Made by a program: the position numbers and the translations under genes
The notes under the pieces: model-generated
Database searches by the model: none
Told to the model about the DNA's origin: nothing
What the model saw: only the letters and a program-made list of their open reading frames with translations
DNA from: a virus
Taxonomy: Duplodnaviria; Caudoviricetes
Direction: 5' to 3' (one strand)
DNA length: 64,000 bases
IMG/VR virus record: IMGVR_UViG_2974799246_000001
Coordinates: 128,001 to 192,000 of that record
Shown: positions 20,655-31,077 of the stretch, in pieces
Numbering within the stretch: the stretch's first letter is position 1
Layout of the letters: the number at the start of each line of letters is the position of its first letter

Positions 20655-20660
20655 ATCTGA

Positions 20661-23600
20661 TTACACTGCCTTGTTCTTGGTAGTGGTCAGTTTCAGACGA
20701 TCAAGAGCCGTCGTCAACTTCTTGATGTTCGTGATGTTGTAGCCTGCTTTCACGATCTTGTTGATACGTGCTTTCGCAGTAGCGACATTCTTCACGAAGC
20801 CAATCCACATACCTGGAGAAACATCGAAGGTACCAAACTTACGAGTGTTCGGAATCTTCGTACCGACGAAACGTTTCATCTGCGGGTTAGTGTTCAGGTC
20901 GAACATGATACGCAGACGATCTTCCATTACCATCGGGTATGCCTTGACGTGTTTCTTATCAGAGGCTGCCTTGTGGCGAATCAGGAAGAACTGTTTCAAC
21001 TGCTCCTGAGCTTTCAACGCCAGTTTGATGTTGAAGCCCATACGCGGCGTAGACTCATCGAAGAAGTCCAGCACGAACTCCAAGCGCTTCTCGGAAGGCT
21101 TGTCGAATGCCAGTTTCTTCTTAACCTCAATGAAATCGAGCATCTTCTCGAAGTCTTCATAGTAGGCACAGTCGTAATACACGTAGTCACCGAACTCCAC
21201 GAAGTCGAATGCCTTGAGGGCTTTCGCATCAGGGTCGGTAGCGTTCGCGTAAATAGCCACGAAGCCGTTGTACACGGTAGGCGTCAGTTCGAGCGCCATG
21301 TCTGCACCAGTCGCTTCTTCAACAGCGGCAGCAACAGGTTTCTTACGACGAGTCGTGTTATCCAACACAGGCAGGTCAGCAGGCTTACGACGACGAACAC
21401 GGCCAGCAGCCTCAGCAACACCTTCGTTGATTGGCTTACCTTCTGCTTTGTTCGTAGCACGTTGTTTGGCGCGAGCGGTCTTACGCGCTACAGCCACAAC
21501 CTTCTTCTCTGTCTCAACGGTATCGGCAGTTTCTGTCTCGTCCTTAATCGTATCTTCAATTTCAATACGATTCGCTTCGGCCGTAGCACGTTTGCGATCT
21601 TTCTCGTTCGCCCACGGTTTACGCGCTTCGAAGAACTTCTTGAGATCAGCCTTGTCGACCTTAGTTGCGATGTGGACTTTGTTGGCAGAAATGCTAACAG
21701 TCTCACCTGTACCAGCCAGACGCACACGCACCGTACTGATAGGACTATCTGCACGGAGTTTGCCGTCAACTGTACGCGCAGTCACAGACACGATAACACC
21801 ATTGCCGTACTCAGTAACGACAGGTGCACGGTTCAGAGAATCTTTCAGGTTCTCACCGTTCGTGAAGTTGCGGTTACGTGTCCAGTCCAGCAGACGCTCC
21901 AGACCCCAGCCGTAGCGATCAGGAATCTTCTGGTTGGCAACAAACGGAGTCTGCTCCATAACACGGAAGTCGTTCAGCGCTGGCGTAGCTGGCAGTGCCT
22001 GCATAGCCGCAACAGTCGTCTTACGCATCTCATGGAATTCCTGAGACTCGATTTCGTTCAGGTCGCGCTTGGCAAAGAAGTACTGGGCGAAGTCTTCCAT
22101 CGTGTTGTTGTCGATGAGCAGTTTCGCACTCATCTTGATCGGGTCCAGTTTGTACTGGTCGAGTGCTTCGTAACGCTGGTTGCCCTTCTCATCGAAGCGC
22201 GTTTTCTCCAGTGTCTTCCACATCAGACGAGCGACCTTACCAACTTCAAGGGTCTTGTTCGTCATTACCCAGTCAATGAACACAACTTCACGAGCCATGT
22301 CGCCTGGCTTACCGTTCTCATCCAGTTTTGCAGCAGCAACGTCAGGACGGAAGATACGCGCAGTAGACTGATCGTAAGTACCTGGTGACCACGGAGTATC
22401 GCAGCGGATGATACGGCTACCCATCTGCATGTTGTGGCCTTCGGAGATTGCCTGTTCGTTCGCAATCAGAATCTGGACATTGTTGTCAGTTTTGAATGCG
22501 TCGAGGTTAGCGTCTTTGTTCTGGCCCAGCTTACCAACTTCACCGTGATACACTACAGCAACTTTCTTGTAGTTCTCAGGCAGAGCGTTGTAGATAGCGT
22601 TAGCCGCACGAACGTAGCGCGTAAAGACAATCAGCTTGCCCTGCACCTCTGGTTTCCAGTAGTCCGGATCGTCCGGAGGCGGAACCATTGAAGGCGGTAA
22701 GGCTTGACGTTTGTACTCTTCGGACTGCTTACGTGCCAGATACTTCTGACCGTTGTAGACAGCAATGTCCAGTTCACGAGGAGTAACGCCTGGCTTCCAG
22801 TCGAAGATCTGCTGTTCACCAACCATCGGGTCACGTTCAGGCTGCACTTCGAAGTGCTTCTTGATACGGTCGATAATGGTCAGCACTTTCGCAGATACGA
22901 AGTTGGTAACACCAGCGGCTTCAAACGTCAGACGTGCAACGTCATCACCCATCGGGTCAGTCAACATCATTTCCATACGCTGGAAGTACATGTTCAGGTC
23001 GGCGTTACCTGCGAGCAGTGCGCCCAGGTCATCACCTTCCTCGATATCGTCTTCGTCAATGTCGGAAGCGTTATCATCAGCGCCACCAGCATCATCGTCT
23101 TCGTCATCGTTACCAGCAGAGGCTTTGCGCTTCGCAGCGTTGGCCGCGTCCTGCAATTTCTCCAGCACCTGTTCGTACATCGCGTTATACACCTCTTGGT
23201 GCAGCGCGGAGTTAGGAACAGACGGGTCATCGATCTCAACCTGAATGAAGGTATCAATCGGGTTAGGCAGCATGAACGCCCAGTGCTTACGCTTGAACGA
23301 GATGAACGCAGTGTGGTTCGCCATACGAGAGTGAGCACGACGAATCATTTCGATATCGTCTTTCGCACCATCATACGCAACGTCCAGTGAATCACCGAAC
23401 ATCGCAGGCGTCATCAGCGCAGCCTGGCCAACGATATCACGCACACGGTCAGTCACCAGCGTACCAGTAGCGATACGAGCATAGCGAACGGACGGAGCAG
23501 TGAATACCGCTTTGGTGTTGAAGTGCACCTGAGAGCCCGCCTGACCACCAGAGAAGTTCTTCACTTTATGCGACTCATCGAGCAGCACATAGCTGAAACG

Positions 23601-26510
23601 GAAGCGGTTAACGAACTCCACAGCACCACGCACACGAACACGCACACCGCCGATATCAACGTTGAACGTACCAGTCTGGAGGAAGCTCAGGCCAACGATA
23701 TAGATCGTGTTGCGCGGAGCCTGCTGGATAACGTCATACATGCGGTCTTCGCCCCACGTATTAACAGTGTCAGCAGTGATAGGCACTGCGTTCCAACCAT
23801 CAACAACTTTGTGGAGGTCATCACACCAGTTCGCTACGAGGTTAGACGGACAGATGATCAGAGGACGAATCGTTTCTTCGCCAAGGTCATCCAGCTCTTT
23901 GATTAGAGCAGCAACGTCGGTCAGACCGATGATTGTCTTACCGCCGCCAGGTGCGATAAAGATTGTTGCGAAGCGTGGACGACGACGCAGAGTTTTGTGC
24001 GCTTCAACCTGATGCGGTAGTAACGCTGCACCTGCTTTCAGACCAGGGATACGGATATCTTCAATCGTGATACCGCTGTCCGGTTTCAGCTTCTCAATCT
24101 CCACTTCGGCCTGTTCGAAGTATTCGAGTGATTTAGGAATCACATCGCTGTACATCGTGGCGAACGGCAGAATGATTTGTTGCAGACGGTCAGAGCCTGG
24201 GGCCTGTTCGTCTTCAATCAGAGAGCTGAACAACTTCTTACGATCACTACGCGCCAGAGCCTGAGTCACCTCACGATACAACGCACCACCGAAGTAGTTA
24301 TTCAGTCGCGCCATGTCAGACAGCTTGGAGCTTTCACCCATCACGAAGTAGTGAGTGTGGTTCGGCAGAGATTCGGTTGCAGCCTGAATGCTACCCATCT
24401 CATTGAGAGAGGTCATAATCAGGTTAGACCCACGCAGACCAGCAGCATCGTTCAGCACACGAAGCATCACGCGCATCATCGTCATTGCAGGGCGTTCGTT
24501 AGCGAGGTCTGGAATTGAGAAGTCGTTCTCAATCAGGTTCTGATACAGGTTCTGGTCCATCGGGCTTTCGGCCAATGAAGCATTCTCTGCGTCCATACCG
24601 ACAGCAACACGCGCCTGCTGCACCAGAGTTTTCAGATCAGGAACTTGTTTGTTCTTGAGCATGAACTCATAGGTCTGACAGGTAGATGCGATAATCTGCA
24701 CCAGCTCATGGAGGTTAGAACCTTCGGTGCTGTTATACTTGATGGTACTGTCTGAGACAGCTTCCACCAGACGGCCAGCGCCAGATTCTGCTTTCGCCGC
24801 TTCGATCATCATGTCGTTAGACACGCGATATGCAGCCATACCACCAGAAGACTGATTGTGGTGGATGTTACCGATTACGTTAGATGCAGAACGGAAGTTA
24901 GGTGCTTCACCAGGCTCTGCGAAGTCGTAGCCAAGTGAGTCAGCAACGTCCAGAGAGTTCGGCGCTTTCATGCCTACGGTACGTGTCTCTTTAACATCGA
25001 GACCGCCACCATTGGACGTGTTCACGATCAGCGCGAAGTCAGGGTCAATGCCGATGCACACGTTACTGAAACGAGAGAGCGACTTGGCCTTGGTCTGCAC
25101 TTCACGGTCGAAGTCCAGATTGCCGTTCTGAATTGCGAACATGTTGGTACGCAGGGTATCGTGCTCGGTAGACAGAGGCACACCCTTTTCGAACAGGTCT
25201 TCGAGTACGCTGTTGAGAGAAGACTCGTAGGTCTTAACCATCTCAATGTCGATATCTTCACGACGAGGCAGCACTGCGAGAGTACCGTTCGGCATGATCG
25301 TCAGACCGTTATCGTCTGCAACCACATCGTTTACCACATAGCCAAACTTCTCACGGAGTTTCTTCAACTCAGGCAGAGTGGTGGCCGAGGTAACGTAGCG
25401 TGGAATACGCGCAGCACGAGTGATACCAGTACGAGTAGAGCCAGCAACACGGAAGTAGTAGCTCGCCCAACCCTGGAACCAACGATACAGACACATGGTC
25501 TGCGTGTCAGCACCCTGAGAGATGTACTCGACCATTTCTTTTTCGAAGTTAACGATCAGGCCGCCTTCAACGCGAACGTCAGTAGCGAGAGCGACAGGGT
25601 TAAAATCGACAGGCGTATCGTGGCTGATTTTCATCGCTTGAATCTTGCGATCAATCATCGCCTTGCCTGGGATAGGACGAATACCGATCGTCATGAAATC
25701 GCCCAGCGCTTCGGCAGCACCTTTGTCCAGATTACGGAACAGGTCGATATCCATGTTGTGCATCAGCGGGTGAATGGAGCGCAGAGCCGCGTTATACACA
25801 GTCCAGTCTTTATCGAGAGGAATGCGGACCATCTTCGTTTCGAATGCGTTGGAGTTGGTGCGCTCAACGCCGAAGATATCTTTGTACAGAGTCTTCGCCA
25901 CACGAATCGCAGCCTGTGCGATATCAGAACTGTAGGTCTGAATGTTGGCGCGTTCGAAGTTGGCGTCATTGTCCACACGAGGACGGTCGCTACCCTGATT
26001 GTTCAGGACGTTGAAGTTACCGTTCGAGGCCAGAGGACTTGTCGGGCATGGCGTACCAGACATGATAATGTCACGACCGCCTGGGAAGCGCGTACTATTT
26101 TCAATCACGGCACCAGATGCTGCGGACAGGTGTTCAGCCAGAGAGGTCTTAATCTCACGACTCAACTTGTCGCCGTTCAGTGACATATTGATACGCATGA
26201 TGGACAGATCGATGTTGTTCTTAACACGCTTAACAAAATCGTCTGGCGCTACTTCCAGCATGTCTTCGAACTCTGCACCGTTGGTAACGATGTAGTTGAT
26301 CAAATCGAATGCGGCGTAGATGCGAGCAACGGTAGATGCGGTGAACACTGCAAGGGTTTCGTAGTTACGACGAGACTTCCCTGTAGCGTACATTTTCGAC
26401 ATTTTACCATCGAACTCGGGCGGCAACGTCTTCACAGCCAGAGCCTGATTAAACGTATCGGCGATCTGCTGGGTTGCGGTTGCTGAGGTACTGATCATTT
26501 GATTCATCAT
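20661..26510 (-). CDS. giant SNF2/SWI2-family helicase/translocase (~1950 aa)
   Basis: LLPHQ, APGGGKT, LIICP...NW, DESH, ATGT, EGHNMQ, PWSP...QSTARIFR. Confidence 0.85.
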   Translation of the reverse strand: MMNQMISTSATATQQIADTFNQALAVKTLPPEFDGKMSKMYATGKSRRNYETLAVFTASTVARIYAAFDLINYIVTNGAEFEDMLEVAPDDFVKRVKNNIDLSIMRINMSLNGDKLSREIKTSLAEHLSAASGAVIENSTRFPGGRDIIMSGTPCPTSPLASNGNFNVLNNQGSDRPRVDNDANFERANIQTYSSDIAQAAIRVAKTLYKDIFGVERTNSNAFETKMVRIPLDKDWTVYNAALRSIHPLMHNMDIDLFRNLDKGAAEALGDFMTIGIRPIPGKAMIDRKIQAMKISHDTPVDFNPVALATDVRVEGGLIVNFEKEMVEYISQGADTQTMCLYRWFQGWASYYFRVAGSTRTGITRAARIPRYVTSATTLPELKKLREKFGYVVNDVVADDNGLTIMPNGTLAVLPRREDIDIEMVKTYESSLNSVLEDLFEKGVPLSTEHDTLRTNMFAIQNGNLDFDREVQTKAKSLSRFSNVCIGIDPDFALIVNTSNGGGLDVKETRTVGMKAPNSLDVADSLGYDFAEPGEAPNFRSASNVIGNIHHNQSSGGMAAYRVSNDMMIEAAKAESGAGRLVEAVSDSTIKYNSTEGSNLHELVQIIASTCQTYEFMLKNKQVPDLKTLVQQARVAVGMDAENASLAESPMDQNLYQNLIENDFSIPDLANERPAMTMMRVMLRVLNDAAGLRGSNLIMTSLNEMGSIQAATESLPNHTHYFVMGESSKLSDMARLNNYFGGALYREVTQALARSDRKKLFSSLIEDEQAPGSDRLQQIILPFATMYSDVIPKSLEYFEQAEVEIEKLKPDSGITIEDIRIPGLKAGAALLPHQVEAHKTLRRRPRFATIFIAPGGGKTIIGLTDVAALIKELDDLGEETIRPLIICPSNLVANWCDDLHKVVDGWNAVPITADTVNTWGEDRMYDVIQQAPRNTIYIVGLSFLQTGTFNVDIGGVRVRVRGAVEFVNRFRFSYVLLDESHKVKNFSGGQAGSQVHFNTKAVFTAPSVRYARIATGTLVTDRVRDIVGQAALMTPAMFGDSLDVAYDGAKDDIEMIRRAHSRMANHTAFISFKRKHWAFMLPNPIDTFIQVEIDDPSVPNSALHQEVYNAMYEQVLEKLQDAANAAKRKASAGNDDEDDDAGGADDNASDIDEDDIEEGDDLGALLAGNADLNMYFQRMEMMLTDPMGDDVARLTFEAAGVTNFVSAKVLTIIDRIKKHFEVQPERDPMVGEQQIFDWKPGVTPRELDIAVYNGQKYLARKQSEEYKRQALPPSMVPPPDDPDYWKPEVQGKLIVFTRYVRAANAIYNALPENYKKVAVVYHGEVGKLGQNKDANLDAFKTDNNVQILIANEQAISEGHNMQMGSRIIRCDTPWSPGTYDQSTARIFRPDVAAAKLDENGKPGDMAREVVFIDWVMTNKTLEVGKVARLMWKTLEKTRFDEKGNQRYEALDQYKLDPIKMSAKLLIDNNTMEDFAQYFFAKRDLNEIESQEFHEMRKTTVAAMQALPATPALNDFRVMEQTPFVANQKIPDRYGWGLERLLDWTRNRNFTNGENLKDSLNRAPVVTEYGNGVIVSVTARTVDGKLRADSPISTVRVRLAGTGETVSISANKVHIATKVDKADLKKFFEARKPWANEKDRKRATAEANRIEIEDTIKDETETADTVETEKKVVAVARKTARAKQRATNKAEGKPINEGVAEAAGRVRRRKPADLPVLDNTTRRKKPVAAAVEEATGADMALELTPTVYNGFVAIYANATDPDAKALKAFDFVEFGDYVYYDCAYYEDFEKMLDFIEVKKKLAFDKPSEKRLEFVLDFFDESTPRMGFNIKLALKAQEQLKQFFLIRHKAASDKKHVKAYPMVMEDRLRIMFDLNTNPQMKRFVGTKIPNTRKFGTFDVSPGMWIGFVKNVATAKARINKIVKAGYNITNIKKLTTALDRLKLTTTKNKAV

Positions 26511-27004
26511 TCACCCAGTTTAATATAGTTGTCGATTACAGACGTCCACACTCCAGGTACAGGCAGGTTTCGGTCAGCAGCGATATCAGAAAGCACGATA
26601 GCCAGTGCGTAAGCACGAAGCGGTTCGAGGCCTTCAAACTTATCACGCGTAAACACAGACGTGAGTTGTTCGTTGGTCAGCGTCTGATACTGCGCACGGT
26701 ACTCCGTCAAGTACAGGCGATACTTGCCGTCATCAACAGGAGTAGTGTCTGGTGTGCTCTGCACATACAGCAGTGCTTTACCCAGCGCGTCCAGAAGCAG
26801 CAGCAGATCGTTTTGATCGTACGGCGTAATTTCTGGAACGTTGGAACTGCCCATCAGTTCGAGGACCGAGTCAGGCAGTTGAATAGGCTCTTTCGCCTCA
26901 GAGATGGACTCGATAATCCCTTGAGCCGCATTTGCGTAGCGCTTATCGCTCGTCGCAATGCCAGACAGCAAGGAATGGAGCCGCGTATTTACGTCGTGCG
27001 TCAC
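26507..27004 (-). CDS. hypothetical protein
   Basis: Start re-assigned to GTG 27004 behind AGGAG SD; the track start overlaps the upstream gene. Confidence 0.55.
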   Translation of the reverse strand: MTHDVNTRLHSLLSGIATSDKRYANAAQGIIESISEAKEPIQLPDSVLELMGSSNVPEITPYDQNDLLLLLDALGKALLYVQSTPDTTPVDDGKYRLYLTEYRAQYQTLTNEQLTSVFTRDKFEGLEPLRAYALAIVLSDIAADRNLPVPGVWTSVIDNYIKLGE

Positions 27005-27014
27005 GGTTCTTCTC

Positions 27015-27797
27015 CTAGATAAAAATGCTCTTGACCAGAGAGTTGAGTCGCTTTTCCACGGCGTGTCGTTTGTGTGTCGAAAGGAAACAACACATACGGC
27101 GCGACTGTAGATGCAGCGCAATGGCATTGCCCTTGACGCGAGCGCAGTCAATCCCAAGGTCAATGTTCCACGGATGCCAAGCACGAGGTGCAAGCATCAC
27201 CTGTTGGATGTTCGGATAAGTGTCCATCAATACAGGAATCGCAGACTTTGCCAGTTTCTTGGTCAAATTATCAGTTTTGAACAAAGCCTTAGGCTGTTTG
27301 TTCGAAAACCAGTACGGAACCTGCTTGTGGAGTATCTCCCCGACTTTAGGAATGCCACCACGAGTAGTCTGAGGCACATACACCAGATAGATATCGATCG
27401 TGGTGTTGATGCAGTTCGCTACGCGGTTGTAATCGCTGTTAGTACGCGAATGCACCTCGGCCAGTCTGAACTTATTGCTGAACTCGATACGCTGCAACCA
27501 CTGGCGCAAGTCCTGATGCTGCAACTTGAGAAGGACACGGGCCTGCTCAAGAGAATGCTTAGTCACAGACGGGACTGGACGTATCAGATACTTCGTGGTA
27601 GTCTTAGACAGCGAGGACATGAAGCCTTCAACAACACGCTGCATACCAAGAGGCTGCGGCAGTGAGTGAAAGAGATCGACTGCGGTTTGGGTTGTGATGT
27701 ACGAACCCCACGCCTCAATATACTCAGGGTCAATGCAGTCTGGGAAAGCACGTAGGTTCAATCCTACTTCGGAGCCATATGTTTTCAAACGACTCAC
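27015..27797 (-). CDS. hypothetical protein
   Basis: GTG start with GGAGGT SD, overlapping the HNH stop. Confidence 0.6.
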   Translation of the reverse strand: MSRLKTYGSEVGLNLRAFPDCIDPEYIEAWGSYITTQTAVDLFHSLPQPLGMQRVVEGFMSSLSKTTTKYLIRPVPSVTKHSLEQARVLLKLQHQDLRQWLQRIEFSNKFRLAEVHSRTNSDYNRVANCINTTIDIYLVYVPQTTRGGIPKVGEILHKQVPYWFSNKQPKALFKTDNLTKKLAKSAIPVLMDTYPNIQQVMLAPRAWHPWNIDLGIDCARVKGNAIALHLQSRRMCCFLSTHKRHAVEKRLNSLVKSIFI

Positions 27798-28159
27798 TTT
27801 CTACCTCCGTGAAGCAATCGAGAGCCGCGTCGGTTTGCAGTACCGATTTGGTTATTGTCGCACGTATAGCAAAGCAGTTCAAGGTTATGCTTCATGTTCG
27901 AACCACCATTGGCATGTGCAACTTTATGGTTGAGAATCAATTCGCGTGTGGGCTTACCACAGCGCTCGCAGTAGTAACCACGCTCGTCGATGATGCTCAT
28001 CTTGAGTTTGGTCCAGTCTGCTCTGTCCATGCGAACGTGTGTACCTGCACGGGCACGTTCAAATCCCGTTACGCCAGCAAGACGTTGGGAAGTAGACAGA
28101 GTACGTCCACGCCCACCTTGCGTTCGAGCGGCGATGCCGCCTCTTGGTCTGTATGCCAT
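27794..28159 (-). CDS. HNH endonuclease
   Basis: CERC...NHKVAHANGGSNMKHNLELLCYTCDN; AGGAG SD. Confidence 0.8.
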   Translation of the reverse strand: MAYRPRGGIAARTQGGRGRTLSTSQRLAGVTGFERARAGTHVRMDRADWTKLKMSIIDERGYYCERCGKPTRELILNHKVAHANGGSNMKHNLELLCYTCDNNQIGTANRRGSRLLHGGRK

Positions 28160-28192
28160 GATGTTCTCCTAAATACAATGATATTTACAGAC

Positions 28193-29005
28193 TTATGCAG
28201 AGGCGGAGAAGATCTGTACCGTCTTATCCAGACCAGCTTGATAGGACTGTTCGATATCTTTGGCCGAACGGCTGATAATCTGCTTAGTTGAGTTAGACGC
28301 AGCAGCAATCAATTCAACAGGCAGGTTCTTTTTGTTCCATGCGTTAATCTGGTGGAATACTGAAACGAGAACGGTACCAGCAGACTCGGCAAACGGACCA
28401 AGCACCTCAGCATTGAGGATTTCAGCCAACTGACCAACATCGCGCAGCGCACGAAGGTCAGCAATGATTTCGCGCATCTGGTCATAGAGTTTCATCAGCG
28501 CATAAATATCACGACTCTGTTTCTTTTGCAGATACAGGTTTTCACACTCACGCGCCATAGCCTGACACTGCTTGAACATGGTCATGTATTCTTGAATCTG
28601 GTCATTCTCCTGCTTGATGGCGTCAGGGATATCAGCCATGACCTCCATCAATTGACCTTCAAGCACGGCAACATCAGTGCCAAGCGCTTTCCTGTCTTTC
28701 TTTTTCTTCTTCTTGATGACCTCGACGGCGTTCTCTTTTTTCTTTTTCTTCTTCGCTTTCGGTTTGTCTTCAATGGAAGCGATTGCCTTTTGGGTACTGG
28801 CGATATCAGCGTAAAGTTCTTCTGGGTTAAGCACACCAGGCATGATATCACTCGAAGGGTCTTTCTTTTTCTTCTTTTTGACCTTCACGCCTTTGCTAAC
28901 TGTCTTAGCTTTAACGGCGGTGGTCTTAGCTTTCACTTTCGCTTTGCCTTTCTTTTTAGCAGGCTGTGCGTAAGAGCCAATGTCATCCAAGCTTATGGCC
29001 GCCAT
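28193..29005 (-). CDS. hypothetical protein with poly-Lys N-terminal half and helical C-terminus
   Basis: GAGG SD; multiple K5-K7 runs. Confidence 0.65.
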   Translation of the reverse strand: MAAISLDDIGSYAQPAKKKGKAKVKAKTTAVKAKTVSKGVKVKKKKKKDPSSDIMPGVLNPEELYADIASTQKAIASIEDKPKAKKKKKKENAVEVIKKKKKKDRKALGTDVAVLEGQLMEVMADIPDAIKQENDQIQEYMTMFKQCQAMARECENLYLQKKQSRDIYALMKLYDQMREIIADLRALRDVGQLAEILNAEVLGPFAESAGTVLVSVFHQINAWNKKNLPVELIAAASNSTKQIISRSAKDIEQSYQAGLDKTVQIFSASA

Positions 29006-29027
29006 GTGAAAATCCTCTGTAGAAACG

Positions 29028-29055
29028 AAAAAGGGAACCCCGCGAGGCTCCCTTT
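29028..29055. terminator. intrinsic terminator
   Basis: AAAAAGGGAACC-CGCG-AGGCTCCCTTT hairpin. Confidence 0.65.
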
Positions 29056-29064
29056 AGGGTTTGA

Positions 29065-29871
29065 TTAGAAGCTGTGACCTTTGATGATACCAGCAATCTT
29101 GCTGTAGTAGTCCGGGCTGTAACGGAATACCTGAGCGTAGTAGCTCAACAGCTTAGGCACGTCAACGCCAGCAGCGGCAGACACGCTATCGACAGCAGGG
29201 AACTGGTTAGGGTCCAGCTCGTCACCAGACAGTACAGCAACCATAGACATGGAGCTGATCTGTTCTTCGTTACCCTGCTCGTCAACCACCAGCATGGTGT
29301 TGTCGTCGGTAACGTTAGCAGCAACGAAGCCAACTTTCAGGTCACCGCTGTTTGATACGAAGCTGACCATATCGCCACCAACAGCAGCGGCCAGAATCGC
29401 TTCATTGCGCAGGATAGCCTGAGCCAGTTCAGGACGCTGGGCAGCAAAGTTAACGCCCTGTGCGCCACTGACAGAACGAATCATATCGATCAGTTCGGCG
29501 TTATCGTTAGCAGAGCTATCGCGTACCAGAACGTCTTCGCCAGATTCAGAACGACGGACATGCCACATGCGCTCGCTCTTGTCCATGTACATGTTCTTAG
29601 ACAGTGCCTGGAACTGGTCGCCCATCTGAGACACAGGAATGATATCCTGCATACGGTTCATGATGGTGCGCACGAAGCTGGTGGTCTTGCCGCCTTCGAT
29701 CAGAGTCGAAGCGCCTTCAACTGGCAGGAACTCGCGGTCGCAGGAAGCGCTCACGATTGCGCCGAAGTTGTCAGCGATGTTCTCACCGTGTGAGTGAGTT
29801 AATTGCACGATAGCCACGCTCTGGTTGTCGTTGAGCTGGTCAATCTGTTTGATGAAAGCCTTCATTGTCAT
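29065..29871 (-). CDS. putative virion (head/core) protein
   Basis: AGGAG SD (start possibly 29865); CTAATTT motif upstream; internal SVSG/SVSA motifs. Confidence 0.6.
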   Translation of the reverse strand: MTMKAFIKQIDQLNDNQSVAIVQLTHSHGENIADNFGAIVSASCDREFLPVEGASTLIEGGKTTSFVRTIMNRMQDIIPVSQMGDQFQALSKNMYMDKSERMWHVRRSESGEDVLVRDSSANDNAELIDMIRSVSGAQGVNFAAQRPELAQAILRNEAILAAAVGGDMVSFVSNSGDLKVGFVAANVTDDNTMLVVDEQGNEEQISSMSMVAVLSGDELDPNQFPAVDSVSAAAGVDVPKLLSYYAQVFRYSPDYYSKIAGIIKGHSF

Positions 29872-29912
29872 CTCCTGAATAGTTCGACAATATGAAATTA
29901 GTATTTCGAGGG

Positions 29913-31076
29913 TTAGCCAGTGACGCGATAACGTGCATTGACCCAGATACTGCGGTTACCAACAGTAGCCCATTTGGTGGTTGGGCTGTTTGTGATGCCG
30001 AGCTTGCCGAGTGAACGTGCACCGTCAATCGCATTGGCACCCTGAGAACCATCACCGTCGTTTATTCCGGCTTTAGACAGCTTGTTCTTCAAGTTCGTAA
30101 CAGGACCTTGTATCTCTGTCTCAAGTCTGCCTAACGCAGATTCAATTGACGGAGTACGGTCCATGTTTAAGTTAACGACCTGACCTGTGAAGTCAAACGC
30201 TAACTGGCCCTCTGCCTGTAGTTGCGCGGCGAGAGCATAATACGAAGCGCAGATAACCCAACCGTTAAGAATGGTTCCCTGCATGTTCGTACCGTTGAAG
30301 CCTGTAACACGAGGACCAATCGTGTTGAACAACGCAAGTCCACGATACAAGTAGTTCATGATATCAGCCTGAGTGTATTCCAACTCAGGGATAACGTTCA
30401 TTGCTCGGGCTTTGTTGATGTGGTCTTCAACCATTGACGCTGCGATAAGAATCTGCGGCGTTACAACCCAGAGCTTGTACGTGAACATCTTCGTGGTCTT
30501 GCGTGTGTTCGAAGTATGCTGTGCGATTAAGCTGATAGGCTCCAATCGACGAACAGCAACCCAGACAGGAATCTGGAACACGCAGGTCTTGGCGCGGTTC
30601 ACAACCATCTTCACACCAGAATCGCCAGAGTCGATATCAGATGCGATGATTTGGTTGTTGAGTGCCAGTTGGAATTTCAGCTTATCGCCTCGCGTGTCGT
30701 AGTGAAACGGTAACGTCATCTCAAACGTTTCGTCATCACCGAACAGGCATACGATATCTGTCACACGGTTTTCAGTCAGTGGCTCAACGATGAGTTCCTG
30801 ACGGGACTGCATGATTCCTTCTTCGGACTCATAGCGCCATGAAAGCAGCAGACGCTTATCGTCCACCAGCCCCATGTTCGGCACGGCAACATCAGCGGTC
30901 CAGGCGCCAGGAATTTCACCAGGCGTTGCAACCACTTGAGCCAGTACCGATCTATCTTCGGGATCAATGAGGCTTACTACAGGCCCCATGTCATCCGATA
31001 GTGGGTACAGAGGTTCGTCGAGGTCGTTATAGAAACTTTCCTCGACTACCAGTACGTTACCTTCTGTTGTGCGCAT
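29913..31076 (-). CDS. putative neck/head-tail adaptor protein
   Basis: Start re-assigned to ATG 31076. The C-terminal helical domain followed by FDFTGQVVNLNMDR resembles head-completion proteins. Confidence 0.45.
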   Translation of the reverse strand: MRTTEGNVLVVEESFYNDLDEPLYPLSDDMGPVVSLIDPEDRSVLAQVVATPGEIPGAWTADVAVPNMGLVDDKRLLLSWRYESEEGIMQSRQELIVEPLTENRVTDIVCLFGDDETFEMTLPFHYDTRGDKLKFQLALNNQIIASDIDSGDSGVKMVVNRAKTCVFQIPVWVAVRRLEPISLIAQHTSNTRKTTKMFTYKLWVVTPQILIAASMVEDHINKARAMNVIPELEYTQADIMNYLYRGLALFNTIGPRVTGFNGTNMQGTILNGWVICASYYALAAQLQAEGQLAFDFTGQVVNLNMDRTPSIESALGRLETEIQGPVTNLKNKLSKAGINDGDGSQGANAIDGARSLGKLGITNSPTTKWATVGNRSIWVNARYRVTG

Positions 31077-31077
31077 A

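Noticed and set aside
15617-26510. Intein or intron in the DNA polymerase or SNF2 gene
   Set aside because: Continuous ORFs with motifs at normal spacing; no C...HN or LAGLIDADG blocks seen.
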